Assembly (NCBI GenBank): GCA_951406725.2
Contig: OX597817.1
Coordinates: 149,916,001-149,980,000 of the forward strand
DNA from: Octopus vulgaris
Taxonomy: Eukaryota
Length of the DNA stretch: 64,000 nt
Direction: 5' to 3'
A model generated the notes under the pieces. That model saw nothing but the letters and a program-made list of their open reading frames with translations, made no database searches and was not told where the DNA came from. The position numbers and the translations under genes are program-made. Below are positions 25,403 through 38,064 of the stretch, piece by piece. Within the stretch, counting starts at the first letter, position 1; the number at the start of each line of letters is the position of its first letter.

Positions 25403-26726
25403 CTGAGGAAAAGAAAGAAAAAATAAAGATCAAATATCAAAGAGATATCTCAACTCCTCCTCCTCCTCATCATCATCATCACCATCAACAACAACAACGT
25501 TTTTCATCCTCTTTTCCATGCTTCATGGCTTAGACAGAATTTGCTGAGGCAGATTTTCTACAGCCAGATGCTCTCCCTGTTGCCAACCCTCATCTATTTC
25601 CAGTCAAGGTAATATATATACTTAGCCAGACGTGTTTACACAGAAGATTTCATACCTCTTGTATGACAGTGATGCTCATTTACAACTATTGCAGGACATC
25701 ATAAAACAGAAACACGTCTGCGTACACACACACACATATATATATTTCACAGGCTTCTTTCAGTTTCATCATCACCATTTAACGTCCAGTAGGTAACTAC
25801 TGAAGACCTTAAGCTTGAAAGAGTGTATTGGGGGTTAACCAGCCAGTTAAAGCCCCCTTTCTCTTTAAGTTAGTCTTGTGGAAAGACTACAGTTCAGCTC
25901 TGTAAGCTAACAAAACTGTTAGTTATTTAGTGTCCCTGCTACATACAAAATACACCTTCTCCAAGGGACCAGTTGTCAAGGACAAGCCCTTCAACAGATA
26001 GTGATGTCAGTGTTAACACACATGATATAGGGAGCCAAGATATTTTAATTGATTAAAATTATACCTATGGTGAAGAAGGCAAGGAAAGGAGAGAAAAGAA
26101 AAACTCATTGACATAATGTTTAATTCTGGCGAAAAAATACAAGGGAAAGTACTTTGGAATTTTCATTAATTGAAATTAATCAGTCTGATAGTTGGCAGTT
26201 CTACAACAACCTTGGACATGTTACTAGTTTATTAAACCAGTAACTTTTTTCGGTTAGAGCATAGTCATACCAGTACATGTGATTATATGACTGAGAAGGA
26301 ATTTTTGGTGAATAAATGGAAATAGACATGACAACTTAAAAGAAAGAAAGACTGAGCTTGAAGTGAGTGGTGGGGTGGGGTGGATCAAAGTGAGTCTGGT
26401 GGTAGTGCTTGATTGACTCACTAAGAAGTAGTTTTCAGAACAATGAAACAACAGCTTAAAGGAGGAGGAGGAGGAGGAGGAGGCAGAAGAGGAGAGAGGT
26501 AGAGAGAGAGAGTGTTTCCTTGGAACATAGAGAAAGGACAGGTGGAGGAGAGTTGGTCAGATAAAGAAACTGTGATTATAATGATGCCAAATACAATTAG
26601 AGAAGGTGTCAGTCATTATTTAGTGTTCAAAACAACAACACAAAGTGATTACAACAACAACAAAAGTGATAAACATAAACAAAAAAAAGCATTTTTTTTT
26701 GGTTGGTTTTTCTTCTTAAAACTCAC

Positions 26727-26859
26727 TTGAAAGGGAAGCATTGATTCTAAAATTGTAGTTCCGAATGTATTTGTCTTCTCGCTGTAATGACAGCATGACA
26801 TGGTTGCCTTCGTGGGAGTAAATTTTTCCAGGATTTGGAGATTGGCACGTCAATAAGGC
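26727..26859 (-). CDS. CUB-like membrane protein, coding exon 3 (ALLTCQSPNPGKIYSHEGNHVMLSLQREDKYIRNYNFRINASLS)
   Basis: Acceptor ttcttttcaag, donor gtgagt, 133 nt open, phase 0 to phase 1. Completes the CUB-like C-terminal strands and contains an NAS sequon. Confidence 0.88.
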
Positions 26860-28567
26860 CTTGAAAAGAATGAATACAAATGAATAGAATTAAATGGAAG
26901 AAAAAGAAAGAAAAAGAGAAACATGATAAAATATGACCAACACAAAAGTTCTATTTGATTACTACAAAAAGGAAAATGGATTTAGTTTTAAGAAAATCAA
27001 TGATTAAAAACAAGTCTTAATTAAAGTACAGTGTTAGTGGTGGCCATAATGGTGATAGTGATATGATAGAGATGTTTAATAAGAGTTGTGACATTGTATA
27101 TGATGATGATGGATGATAACAATGACAACAGCAGCCATGATGCTAACAGCAGTAATATATGTCAGTAACAGTGACGACTGTAACACATATATGATTTAAC
27201 CCTTTAGCACTTAAGCAGGCCATATCTGGCGCAGATATGCTAACTATATTCTAACCAGCCAGATCCAACCTTTCACACTTACTCTTCAATGCCATACTAA
27301 TAATATACAATCACAACATCAAAATTCTGAAGCTACAAAATAATGCATGATTAATTAAAAAAAAACAGTGTGAATGATAAAAGCATTAAATTTGATTGAA
27401 TAAGCTGAATGCTAAAAGGTTTTAAGATGATCTGCAACTATTTATATTTATAAAATTAATCGAAGTTAAACAGTATTTAGTATGATAATTAAACATATTG
27501 ATAGTTAGGATTTTTGGTGGGAAAGAATAAATCTCATAACTAGAAAGCAGATTTAATCTTTAGCTCTGGCTTAGAATATCAAAAGTATTACACCAAAATA
27601 ATCAGATATTAGAGTATATATTAACATCACCACCACCACCACCATTTAACATCCTTTTTTGCATGCTGACATAAGTTGGATGGCTCAACAAGCTTGTCTC
27701 AAGTTCAGTCCCGCTGCACAGCACCTTGGCCAAGTGTCTTCTACTATAGCCCTACGCCAAGCAATGCCTTGTGAGTGGATCTGGTACAGAGAAACTGAAA
27801 AAATCATGTTGTGTGTTTGTGTGTGTGTATCCTTGTCTTGACATCACATGGTGGTTGTAAGCAAGTGTCACTATCATACAAGCAATGTTGTTCTTTTCCA
27901 GGTTCTTTTCCCGTCTTCTGTGGAAACATGTCCAGCCATGTAGAAGAATTTTACCTTCCTTGAAAGCAGGTAAGGATTGGTAACATAAAGGGCATTTAGC
28001 TGTAGGAAATCAGACTCAACAAAGACCATCTGACCTATGCAAGTATGGAAAAGTGGATACCAAATGATGATGACAATGATGATGACAATATATGGTAAGT
28101 ACACTCTGGTTATTGGTATGAAACAGTACGAATAACTAATACCATATATGTTTTATATGTTTCAGCTGTAAGGTTGTGGCCATACTGGGAGACCACGAGT
28201 GAAAAAAAATCTATACATATAAATTTATATATATATATATATATACTTCTATATATAATGTCTAACTCAAGATATACATTTAATGTGTGCCATTGATTCA
28301 CTGCTGTATTATTCCACATATCTATCTCACATCTACTTCACATACCTGCCTATATATATAACAAGAAATAAAGAGGATTAGTAAATCCAAGCAGATATCT
28401 AGAAAGCACTCAGCATTTTGTAACTTCTTTCTATAATCTATATATGCTGGCACAACAGAAATGATCGTGGATAATGCATGGTGTAAATATCAATTAAAGA
28501 TGGGATTTTCTTCATTCTTGTTCATGCTGTCAAATACTCTGAATTACCTTTATATATATATATAAAA

Positions 28568-28767
28568 AAATAATTTTATTCTCAAACGCAGGATAATGCT
28601 AATAATATAGGATAAACTATTCATATTTTGCAGAAAAATCTGTCAGTGGCCAGCCATGAGACTGTCTCATGGCTGGCTGCTGACAGATTTTTCTGTAAAA
28701 TATGGATAGTTTATCCTGTCCATGCTATATCATTAGCATTCTCTTGCATTTGAGAATAAAATTATTT
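28568..28767. repeat. imperfect palindrome with about 95-bp arms and a 1-nt loop, in (TA)n context
   Basis: ...CCAGCCATGAGAC-T-GTCTCATGGCTGG... extending out to AAATAATTTTATTCTCAAA/TTTGAGAATAAAATTATTT. Confidence 0.85.
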
Positions 28768-29060
28768 CCTTATCTGTATCTTTTAATACATCTCAACGCT
28801 TCGAAAACAAACTTTGTTGACTGGCAACATAAGTTGAATTTAATATATATATATATATACAATTAATAAGAGGAAAGACCACTAAAGTGGATTCCTATAC
28901 ACTAGAAATAGACGTCAAATCGCCTTACCACAAAGAGTGTGTTCTCAAGAAAGAAAAAAAAAACAGCAAATGCCAAAATGTAAAAAATAAGCAAGGCAAA
29001 TGAAAATCAATTTCTACCCTCAGTAATTTAATTTAAAATGTGTGTGTGTGTGTATGTGTG

Positions 29061-29158
29061 TGTATACACACATATGTAACATATACCTGCAGTCATTTAA
29101 GCATAAAACTGTATACACACATATGTAACATATACCTGCAGTCATTTAAGCATAAAAC
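29061..29158. repeat. 49-bp perfect tandem duplication
   Basis: TGTATACACACATATGTAACATATACCTGCAGTCATTTAAGCATAAAAC x2. Confidence 0.9.
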
Positions 29159-30957
29159 TAATTTTAGAAGATAATTTTCAAGTTTGTCAGATAATAATAT
29201 GAAACACACGTTTTTTAGTATGCCATTGATAGGTGAATTAGATAGCTATAGCCTACCAGAACACTACAGTCTATCTTGGACTACGCTGTCAAGTGAAACT
29301 ATCTTTTCCTTAAGATATTAACAACATGATTTGAAAGAAATTTGGCCAATTAAGAACAACTGATGACAACACAGGTAGAAGTGGCAAGGGCCGATCATAT
29401 GATGATGAGTCTTGCGACAACTGGAGTGATGTACTTTTGACTCAAACCTGCCCAGCCAATGCAAGAATACAAAAGTAGACATGATGATGATGATGTGAAT
29501 ATATTTTGATACTATTAACATAGAAATTCACTGTAAAAGAAATTTATATCAAATGAATATTTTCTTACTTTATATATTTTTGCAGTAAGAATACAGTACA
29601 AAATATATCTGTTTATCATTACTAGAAATCTCACTTGTACATCATTCTTTTCAAGTCGCATGGCCTTCAGAGACCATTATCGCAATGCTGTCATGCCATA
29701 TAATCCCATCAATTACGTTTAACTCTAAATACATTTGATCACCAAGGACCTTTTAATCTATTCCCTTTATAACATGACCACTGCATAGAAAAGGTTCACT
29801 TATTACTCCATTGCTCTTGCCTTAACATAATAATGACTTGGAACTCAAATTATCCGTTAGCTAAATAAGAATTCTGATGCTGCTATAAATCTGTCCAATA
29901 TTGGCATGACTTCTCTCTTTCATCCATTCATTCTACTTCATATCCGAGGCATGTTAGTTGATAACAGATAAAATGTTGGTCCTTAACAAGGATCCGTTTA
30001 CAAAATAATAACAAGCAATCGGGCAATTGCAAAGTAAATATCTCTCCTAACCCCCTGAAAAGAGAGGGGGAAGTCTTGCATATTTACAAGGTCAATACTA
30101 AACCTTTTCTTTACAGGAAAAGGAATGGAAAATATTCAGAAGACTGAAATGGAAAACGCCTACATTGGCTATCAATAGCAATTTCAGAAATTAATTTCCC
30201 TTTTACATGAAAGAATTAATTAAACATGATGATATGGCTGAAGAGCAATAATGAAAGTGGTGTTTGACTACTATTCCATACACTGGACTAAATATATGGA
30301 GTTTATTCCATTGCCAATCTAAGACAGCCAAAGAATTTCAGAAGAATGTAATTCGTTTATTGAATCAATAAAAATCTAACAAAGAAATGGAAACCAGGAA
30401 AGACTGACTGTTTTGATAGTTTGAAGTAATTTTGTTTTGGTTTCAATGCTGGAAACTGCTTTCACATAGAACACAGAGAAGAGAGGCTGTGAGGAAATTG
30501 ATAATTAAAATAATGATGTTCAAGTAATAACATAATTCAGATATAATAAATAAAAATGGAAGGAAAATAATTTTATACAATTGGAAAACTGACAGCCTGT
30601 TTTAAGAAAAATAAAATAATTTCAGAAATCAAATAAGAATTCATATATTCTTCAAAAGCAAACTGTATGCTGAATTTTAAAAAGAAATTTATTATCATTA
30701 TTATAATTAATAAATCCTACATTATATTGTCCAGTGTTGTCCTCAATCTTTTAGTCAACCTTTTGTAATCAAATTTATTTTGTGATGTTTGTAGCTTTGT
30801 GGCAAATATTTATATGAGTGCAGGTGTGGCTTTGTGGTTAGGAAGCTCACTTTACAACAATATGGTTTCTCCTGTTATCAGACGGGTAGTCATGATGGGT
30901 ATAATGGGCTTCGTATATTTTACCCCGTGCCACTTTGATGGCATGCACTGCTCTCTC

Positions 30958-31008
<51 letters not shown>

Positions 31009-31218
31009 CTGTTGTGTCTGGGGAGAGTCATTTTCTTTTTGTGCCTTATAATTTAACACACTCACCGGTAAAATTTCCACTTATTCCTTATTTTTATTTG
31101 CCTAAAATTTTCATTGCGTCTTGCAACAAAAAGAAAATGACTTCCCCCAGACACAAGAGAATATGCTTCAACACATGAACTCATATAAAGGATCTTGCAA
31201 ACCAAATCCAAAAATGAA
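31009..31218. mobile_element. second copy of the 24216 family inserted in (AAT)n
   Basis: Same CTGTTGTGTCTGGG start and CCAAATCCAAAAATGA end, with a different inversion breakpoint. The hammerhead is truncated after stem II. Confidence 0.8.
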
Positions 31219-31766
31219 AAATAATAATAATCCTTTCTACTACAAGGCCTGAAAATTCTGAACAGAGGACTAGTTGATTATATTGACCCCAGTGATTCAC
31301 TGGCATTTAATTTATCGACCCCGAAAGGATGAAAGGCAAAATGGACCTTAGTGGAATTTGAACTCAGAGCATAATGACAGGCAAAATACTGCTAAGCATT
31401 TCATCCAGCTTGCTAACAATTCTGCCAGTTTGTCACCACAAAGGTAATGAATTGGTAGATTAATAATAAAGATAGTGATTATCAAAAATAATGTAAAGTT
31501 GTTGTTTTAATAAATAAGGATAAGAATGAAAGTTCAGAAAATAATTAGAAAAGAATAAAACTATTTGCTTAAAGATAATGGTTGAGGAAGCAAACATGGG
31601 AAGAAGACTGTCAGACTGTGAAGCCATTAATACCACTTTTGAACAGTTGGAGGTTGGGGAAATCTAATAGTTGCAAAGAAAGGAAGAGACAGAAGATTAT
31701 GAATATTTCATTCCATACATGTGAGACTGGCTTTACAAGCATGTCAAAATGTTCTAATATTCATAG

Positions 31767-31797
<31 letters not shown>

Positions 31798-32198
31798 CGT
31801 GTGCGTGTGTGTGTTGTGTGTGTATCTGTATGTTTGTGTCTGTGTGTGTTTGTGTGTGTGTGTGCATGTGAGTGTGTATGTTGTGTATCTGTGTGTATGT
31901 CTGTGTGTGTATGTGTGTGTAAAATCAGATGATGCATAAGAGATAATTGTACGGAATTCTTTCAAGCTGAACAATCACATCTTTCGGTAGAGGAATTATA
32001 TCCTTGAGAATAAGTACACATATATACATTCATATATGCATGCATGCACACACACACACATGCATTCATACACACACACACACACATGCATTCATACATA
32101 CATCTGCATACACATGTGTGTTTCCAAGTTAAAACAAGTATTGTTTTTTGTGAACATGTGTATATATAAGTACAAGCGACCTTTTATATAAATTTATA

Positions 32199-32236
<38 letters not shown>

Positions 32237-32267
32237 TGTGTGTGCAAATGAGGGGGTATTGAAAAGT

Positions 32268-32467
32268 TCTTGGCTTTCAGGGTATTGCAAAAGGCCTGGC
32301 TGGAGGTCAAACCTTCCAAGTTCTTTTACAGGGCTTAGAAAAACTGAAGGACCGCTGCAATAAGTGTGTGAATCTGAGTGGGGAATATGTTGAATAAAAT
32401 CATTATTAACTGATCCTCCTGTATTTTTTTTTTTACCCAAAGTCAGGAACTTTCCAACACTCCTTCG
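32268..32467. mobile_element. mariner-like MITE
   Basis: Imperfect TIRs GAGGGGGTATTGAAAAGTTCTTG / CAGGAACTTTCCAACACTCCTTCG. Confidence 0.7.
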
Positions 32468-32967
32468 TGTATACACACACATCATCATCATCATCATCGT
32501 TCAACGTCTGCTTTCCATGCTGGCATGGTTTGAACGGTTTGACTGGAAACTGGCAAGCCAGTAGGCTGCACCAAGCTCCAATCTGGTGTGCATGTGTGTG
32601 TGTGTGTGTGTGTAAAGTGAGAGAGAGATATCACCTTCAGCAAGTGTCTTCTACTCTAACCAAGGGGCAACTAAAAGCCTTCTGTGCGGATTTGGTAGAC
32701 AGAAAGTGAAAGAAGCCTGTCACATGTGTGTTATTGTCACTCTGCCTTCATGTTGTGTGAGAGTTGTAATCAAGTGTCACTATCAAACAAACGATGTCCT
32801 TCATTTCCAATCTTCCATGAAAACATGTCTGGCCATGAGGAAATATTACCTTACTTGGAAACAGGTAAAAATGGGCAATGGGAACGACATCTGCTGCAGA
32901 AAATCTACCTTAATTAAATCCATCCAATCCATGCATGCATTGAAATGAGGATATTAAAATGATGATG

Positions 32968-33015
<48 letters not shown>

Positions 33016-33017
<2 letters not shown>

Positions 33018-33123
33018 GGAGTAAACACATAAATGTGAAACAAGGTGGAAAAACTGTCTGATGAACGGCAACGAGAAACTCAGAGTAACAGATTTTGTTG
33101 AATTTTCTGCTGCTTTAAATAAA

Positions 33124-33124
<1 letters not shown>
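33016..33124. mobile_element. short Penelope-like fragment in (TA)n carrying a hammerhead
   Basis: Flanked by (TA)n on both sides; contains the motif at 33054-33096. Confidence 0.6.
33054..33096 (+). ncRNA. type I hammerhead motif, GUA cleavage triplet
   Basis: CUGU-CUGAUGA-ACG-GCAA-CGA-GAA-ACUC-A-GAGU-A-ACAG. Stem I CUGU/ACAG can extend with AAAA/UUUU. Confidence 0.7.
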
Positions 33125-33157
<33 letters not shown>

Positions 33158-33158
<1 letters not shown>

Positions 33159-33345
33159 TCATGTTGAACCATTAAACCCTCCACATTCCTTTTCTCTCTG
33201 CTTTTTTTTTCTCTCAATCCTTTTTGTCGAAGACCATAGGCTCAAAACGTCAAAGACTTTTCCCTTCTTCCCAAGCATTAAAGTAATACACCTGCTTGTT
33301 GTCCCTTCACTTGTCTTTATCTTTTGTTTTTTGTAAATTTGAGCT
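33158..33345 (+). mobile_element. (TA)n-embedded short element, A6U hammerhead family (degenerate copy, motif 33220-33255)
   Basis: CUUU-UUGUCGA-A-GACC-AUAG-GCUC-AAAAC-GUC-AAAG; homologous to the copies at 33722 and 38641. Confidence 0.65.
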
Positions 33346-33672
33346 ATATATATATATACAAAATGATAAACGTTGGCCTTTTCAAGCCTAGCCAGGCTCA
33401 TGGGCCCAGTTTCCCAATTTCTGTGGCGTATGTGTTCCCCCTAGCTGGACGGGACACCAGTCCATTGCAGCATTACTCAGAAACAGGAAGAGAGAGTGAG
33501 AGAAAGTTGTGGCAAAAGAGTACAACAGGGGTCATCACCACCCCAAGCTGGAGCCTCGTGGAGCTTTTAGGTGTTTTCGCTCAATAAACACACACAACGC
33601 CCGGTCTGGGAATCGAAACCATGATCTTCCGACCGCAAGTCCGCTGACCTAACCACTGGGCTATTGCGACTC

Positions 33673-33711
<39 letters not shown>

Positions 33712-33721
33712 TTTTATATCT

Positions 33722-33882
33722 TTCGCTATGATAGATCAGTAGCCACAACACATATTTTTTTCTTTTCTTGTTTCTTTCTGTGGAAGAGCGTAGGCTCGAA
33801 ACATTAAAGACTTTTCAATTCCCGAGTGTTATGCTAATACATCTGTTTGTTTTCTACACCACCTGTCTTCATCGTGAATTCT

Positions 33883-33885
<3 letters not shown>
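33722..33885 (+). mobile_element. (TA)n-embedded short element, A6U hammerhead family (motif 33773-33810)
   Basis: UCUUU-CUGUGGA-A-GAGC-GUAG-GCUC-GAAAC-AUU-AAAGA. Confidence 0.7.
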
Positions 33886-33921
<36 letters not shown>

Positions 33922-33924
<3 letters not shown>

Positions 33925-34407
33925 TTATCAGTAATAATAAAAGGGTGAAATTAATTAATTAGGGATAATTATCAATTACACCAAGTAGATTTCGGTATGT
34001 AAAAGCCCCATTCGAGGAAAATTTAAGTAATACTAAGTAATTAAGGGTTTAGCAACGAATTGCCTCACCAACACACCGAATTTAGAAATAGCAGTCAAAG
34101 AGATATAGCTATTCCTTCTACTAAAAGGGGGATCTCAGTAAAAACACAGCACTTAAAAGGCAAACACAGACAGGTAAGAAAGAAAGAATGAAATGACGGC
34201 AATCCATCATGCAATCCATCATGCAATTTTAGATGGATTGCCGTCATTTCATTCTTTCTTTCTTACCTGTCTGTGTTTGCCTTTTAAGTGCTGTGTTTTT
34301 ACTGAGATCCCCCTTTTAGTAGAAGGAATAGCTATATCTCTTTGACTGCTATTTCTAAATTCGGTGTGTTGGTGAGGCAATTCGTTGCTAAACCCTTAAT
34401 TACTTAG

Positions 34408-34410
<3 letters not shown>
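33922..34410. repeat. element in (TA)n with 179-bp inverted repeat arms (34030-34208 / 34232-34410)
   Basis: Arms are reverse complements with no mismatch seen by eye. The 23-nt spacer overlaps a duplicated GCAATCCATCAT. Confidence 0.9.
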
Positions 34411-34457
<47 letters not shown>

Positions 34458-35076
34458 TGTATGTATGTATGTATGTATGTATGTATAGTTTTTAGATAAG
34501 AATTGTTGCTTATAAAATTGTGTAAAAGTGTGTCTTTCTAAGCAAAAGATAAAAGGGGGAAGCAAGATAACAAGAAATGTGAAAATGGGAAATGGGTTAG
34601 ATTTCAAAAGAAATTAATTTCAAGAACAAATAAGCAAATTAACAGCTTTATGTAATGAGATAAAGTCCAACTGAGTTGTGGGGAAATGAAATGACAAATA
34701 TTTTCACAGAACTGCAAGGTTAAATTGAATGGAAAGAAAATAAAACTCATAAATTAAATTGAAAGTGAAGGATAATCTAATGGTTTGCTTGGATAAAAAA
34801 GCTTGTTTCACAATATTATTATTTTTTAATACACAGTAGTTTTCAAAACATTTACTTACATATGCATTCACACACAATATTATTCATTATATGTATTTAT
34901 ACATATATATACATACAAATATACACACATATGTATATATCCTCTTTTCTATAATGTGAGTAACTGCATAGTTTTCCTACAGCAAGAAACTTGTTCTGTT
35001 CTGAACCTTTCTCTCCATAAAAAAAGAACTTAGATATATCTCAGAGAAAACACACACACTCACATATACATGTCAT

Positions 35077-35108
<32 letters not shown>

Positions 35109-36817
35109 GTATGTATATATGTATTATCATATATATATATATGTATATACACATATATATATTATCATATTATCATTTAATGTCTACATTCTATGCTGGC
35201 ATGGGCTGAATGATTTGACAAGATCTAGTTCTTTATTGCCCACACGAGCTAAACATAGAGGAGACAAACAAGGACAGACAAAGGGATTAAGTTGATTACA
35301 TCAACCTTGTGCATAACTGGTACTTATTTAATTGACCCTGAAAGGATGAAAGCCAAAGTCGACTTTGGCAGAATTTGAACTCAGAATGTAATGGCAGACA
35401 AAATACTGCTAAGCATTTCACCTGATGTGCTAACGATTCTGCCAGCTCACCGCCCTTCTGGCTTGACAGGATCTGCTGTGTCCAAAGTCTGCATCAGGCT
35501 CAAGTGTCTGGTTTAGCATGATCTTTACGGCTGGATGCCCTTCCTAAGGCCAACCACACTTTACAGCATGGACCGAGTGCTTATTTTGTGCCAACCTGCA
35601 GTTCACAAAACTACAACCCCTGGGGGAGGTGGGCGAGAGTCAGCTTCATGCTAGGGAACAAGGAGATTACAGGTGGGGTGACAGAGCAGGTTCCGGCTGA
35701 GAGATCTGCATGGCTACTCACATTTAGTAGAGGAAAAGAGGTGAGGTACACATAAGCACATACAAGCTTCTGCACAGCATCCCATCTACCAAATTCTATT
35801 CTTAAGGTATTGGTCAAACCAAAGATAGAATCCAAGAGATCTGCCCATGATGCCATGCAATGAGTTTGAAACCAGGATCGTATAGTTATGAAGTAAACCT
35901 CTTAAACACATTGCCATGCCTGTGATGTATAAACTTCAATAGACTCTTTTTATTCTTTTAATTGTTTCAGCCATTTGACTGCGGCCATGCTGGAGCACCA
36001 CCTTGAGTCGAACAAATTGACCCCAGGACTTATTCTTTGTAAGCCTAGTACTTATTCTATCAGTCACTTTTGCCGAACCGCTAAGTTATGGGGATGTAAA
36101 CACACCAGCATCAGTTGTTAAGTGAAGGTGGTGGGACAAACACAGAGACACACAAGCATACACACACACACATATAATATATATATGCCAGATCAGTTTG
36201 GAGCCTGGTGCAGCGTCATGGCTTCCCAGACCCCAGTCGAACCATCCAACCCATGCCAGCATGGAAAACGGATGTTAAATGATGATAATGATGATATGGC
36301 AAATGAAAGACAGAAGGTGGGATATATATATATATATACCATCATCATCGTTTAATGTCCACTTTCCATGCTAGATAGGTTGGACGATTTGAATGAGGAC
36401 TGGTGAACCAGATGGCTACACCAGGCTACAATCTGACCTGGCAGAGTTTCTACAGCTGGATGCTTTTACGTGCCACTAGTCAGGTGGTACTGGCAATGGC
36501 CACACTCAAGTGGTGTTTATACGTGCCACCTACACAGCAGCCAGTCCAGCGGCACTGGCAACAACCTCACTCGAATGTTGTTTACATCTCACTGGCACAA
36601 GTGCCAGTAAGGTGACACTGGTAATGATCACATTCGGATGGTGCTTTTTATGTGCCACCGGCACGGAAGCCAGTCAGCTGCTCTGGCAGCAATCACACTT
36701 AGATGGTGCTCTTAGTGTTCCACTGGTATGGGTGCCAGTCATCGAATTTGTGAATTTAATTTGACTTCAATTTCACTTGCCTCAACAAGTCTTCGCATGT
36801 ATATATACATATATATA

Positions 36818-37910
36818 TCTCTTATGATAAAAGGCAGATTTTCTCTGCCTGTTACCATGTTCGTTTTTAATACAATTGTACAGTATACAATTTCTTCAAT
36901 TGGAATTTACCTATGATTTTTTGAAGTAGATTCGATTGGGTCATGGCATATAAATTTTTTTCAATTTGACCCCAATTAAGCAAAAATTAGATCAAACTCA
37001 ATATTTTATGATTTGCCTCTCTCATTTCAAATGCTTCACTCTTTCTATTACCACACTTTCTGCTACTTTCTCTTTGCAAGTGTACACACACATAGACACG
37101 CAAACATATACATATACGATTGCCTCTCTCATTTCAAATGCTTTCCTCCGTCTATTACCACACTTTCTCCCCTACTTTCTCTTTGCAAGCGGGGAAACAG
37201 ATACACGTGCATTTTTTTTCGGGAAGTTCTTTTGAAGTTGGTGTACATCGGAAGCATTGATGTACATGTATGCGTGCGTGAGTGTGTGTGTGTGTTTGAT
37301 GGGGTGTGCGACACAGAAAGTGTGGTGTGTAAGTGAAGTGCTTTTGTTAGTGTGTGTAAAGAGACAGAGAGAGTAATGTTGTGCTGTGTGTGTATGTGTG
37401 AAACACAGAGGTAACTGAACTTTTTTATTCACTTTTTGTAGTGAGTGACTGAGAGAGAAAAGAAGAGAGAGAGGTTATGTATGTATGGCTTCAGTGACAC
37501 ACACACAAAAACACATACCTACATACACCTAAAGCACGCACACACACAAACGGAGCGCGAACTTCAAAAGAACTTCGCGCTCTATCTATCTGGTTTGCCA
37601 TTCCTCACATACACACGCAAACATATACATATATGACAGTGACAAACACAAATGTTTCAAACAACTACATACAAACACTCAAACACACACACACGTGTGT
37701 GTTTGTTATTAGTAAAAAAGGCGCCAAACACAATTCACTTTCTCATTCGAACACATTTGCAAACACACACCAACGGTCGAATTGCCATAACTCAACAGAA
37801 AAGGTAAATTGGTTTTTAATTTACTTTCTGTCGCTAAATTTTGGCAGTATTAATTGGCAAGCGTACTTCAGTTGTCAATTGTTGAAAGAAAGAAATTGTA
37901 AGCTAAGAAA
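36818..37910 (+). mobile_element. probable Helitron-like element with an internal ~67-bp duplication
   Basis: TCTCTTATGATAAAAGGCAG 5' end; repeat 37014-37080 matches 37121-37189. The 3' CTAG was not found. Confidence 0.45.
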
Positions 37911-38064
37911 GTGTGTGTGTGTATGTGTGTGTGCGTGTGTGTGTGTGTGTGTGTGTATGTGTAGGAAGTGAAGGATAAAAATATGGCAAGAAGTGGACAG
38001 ATGTACATATATACATACATACATACATGTGTGTGTGTGTGTGTGTATTAATGTATGTGTGTTA

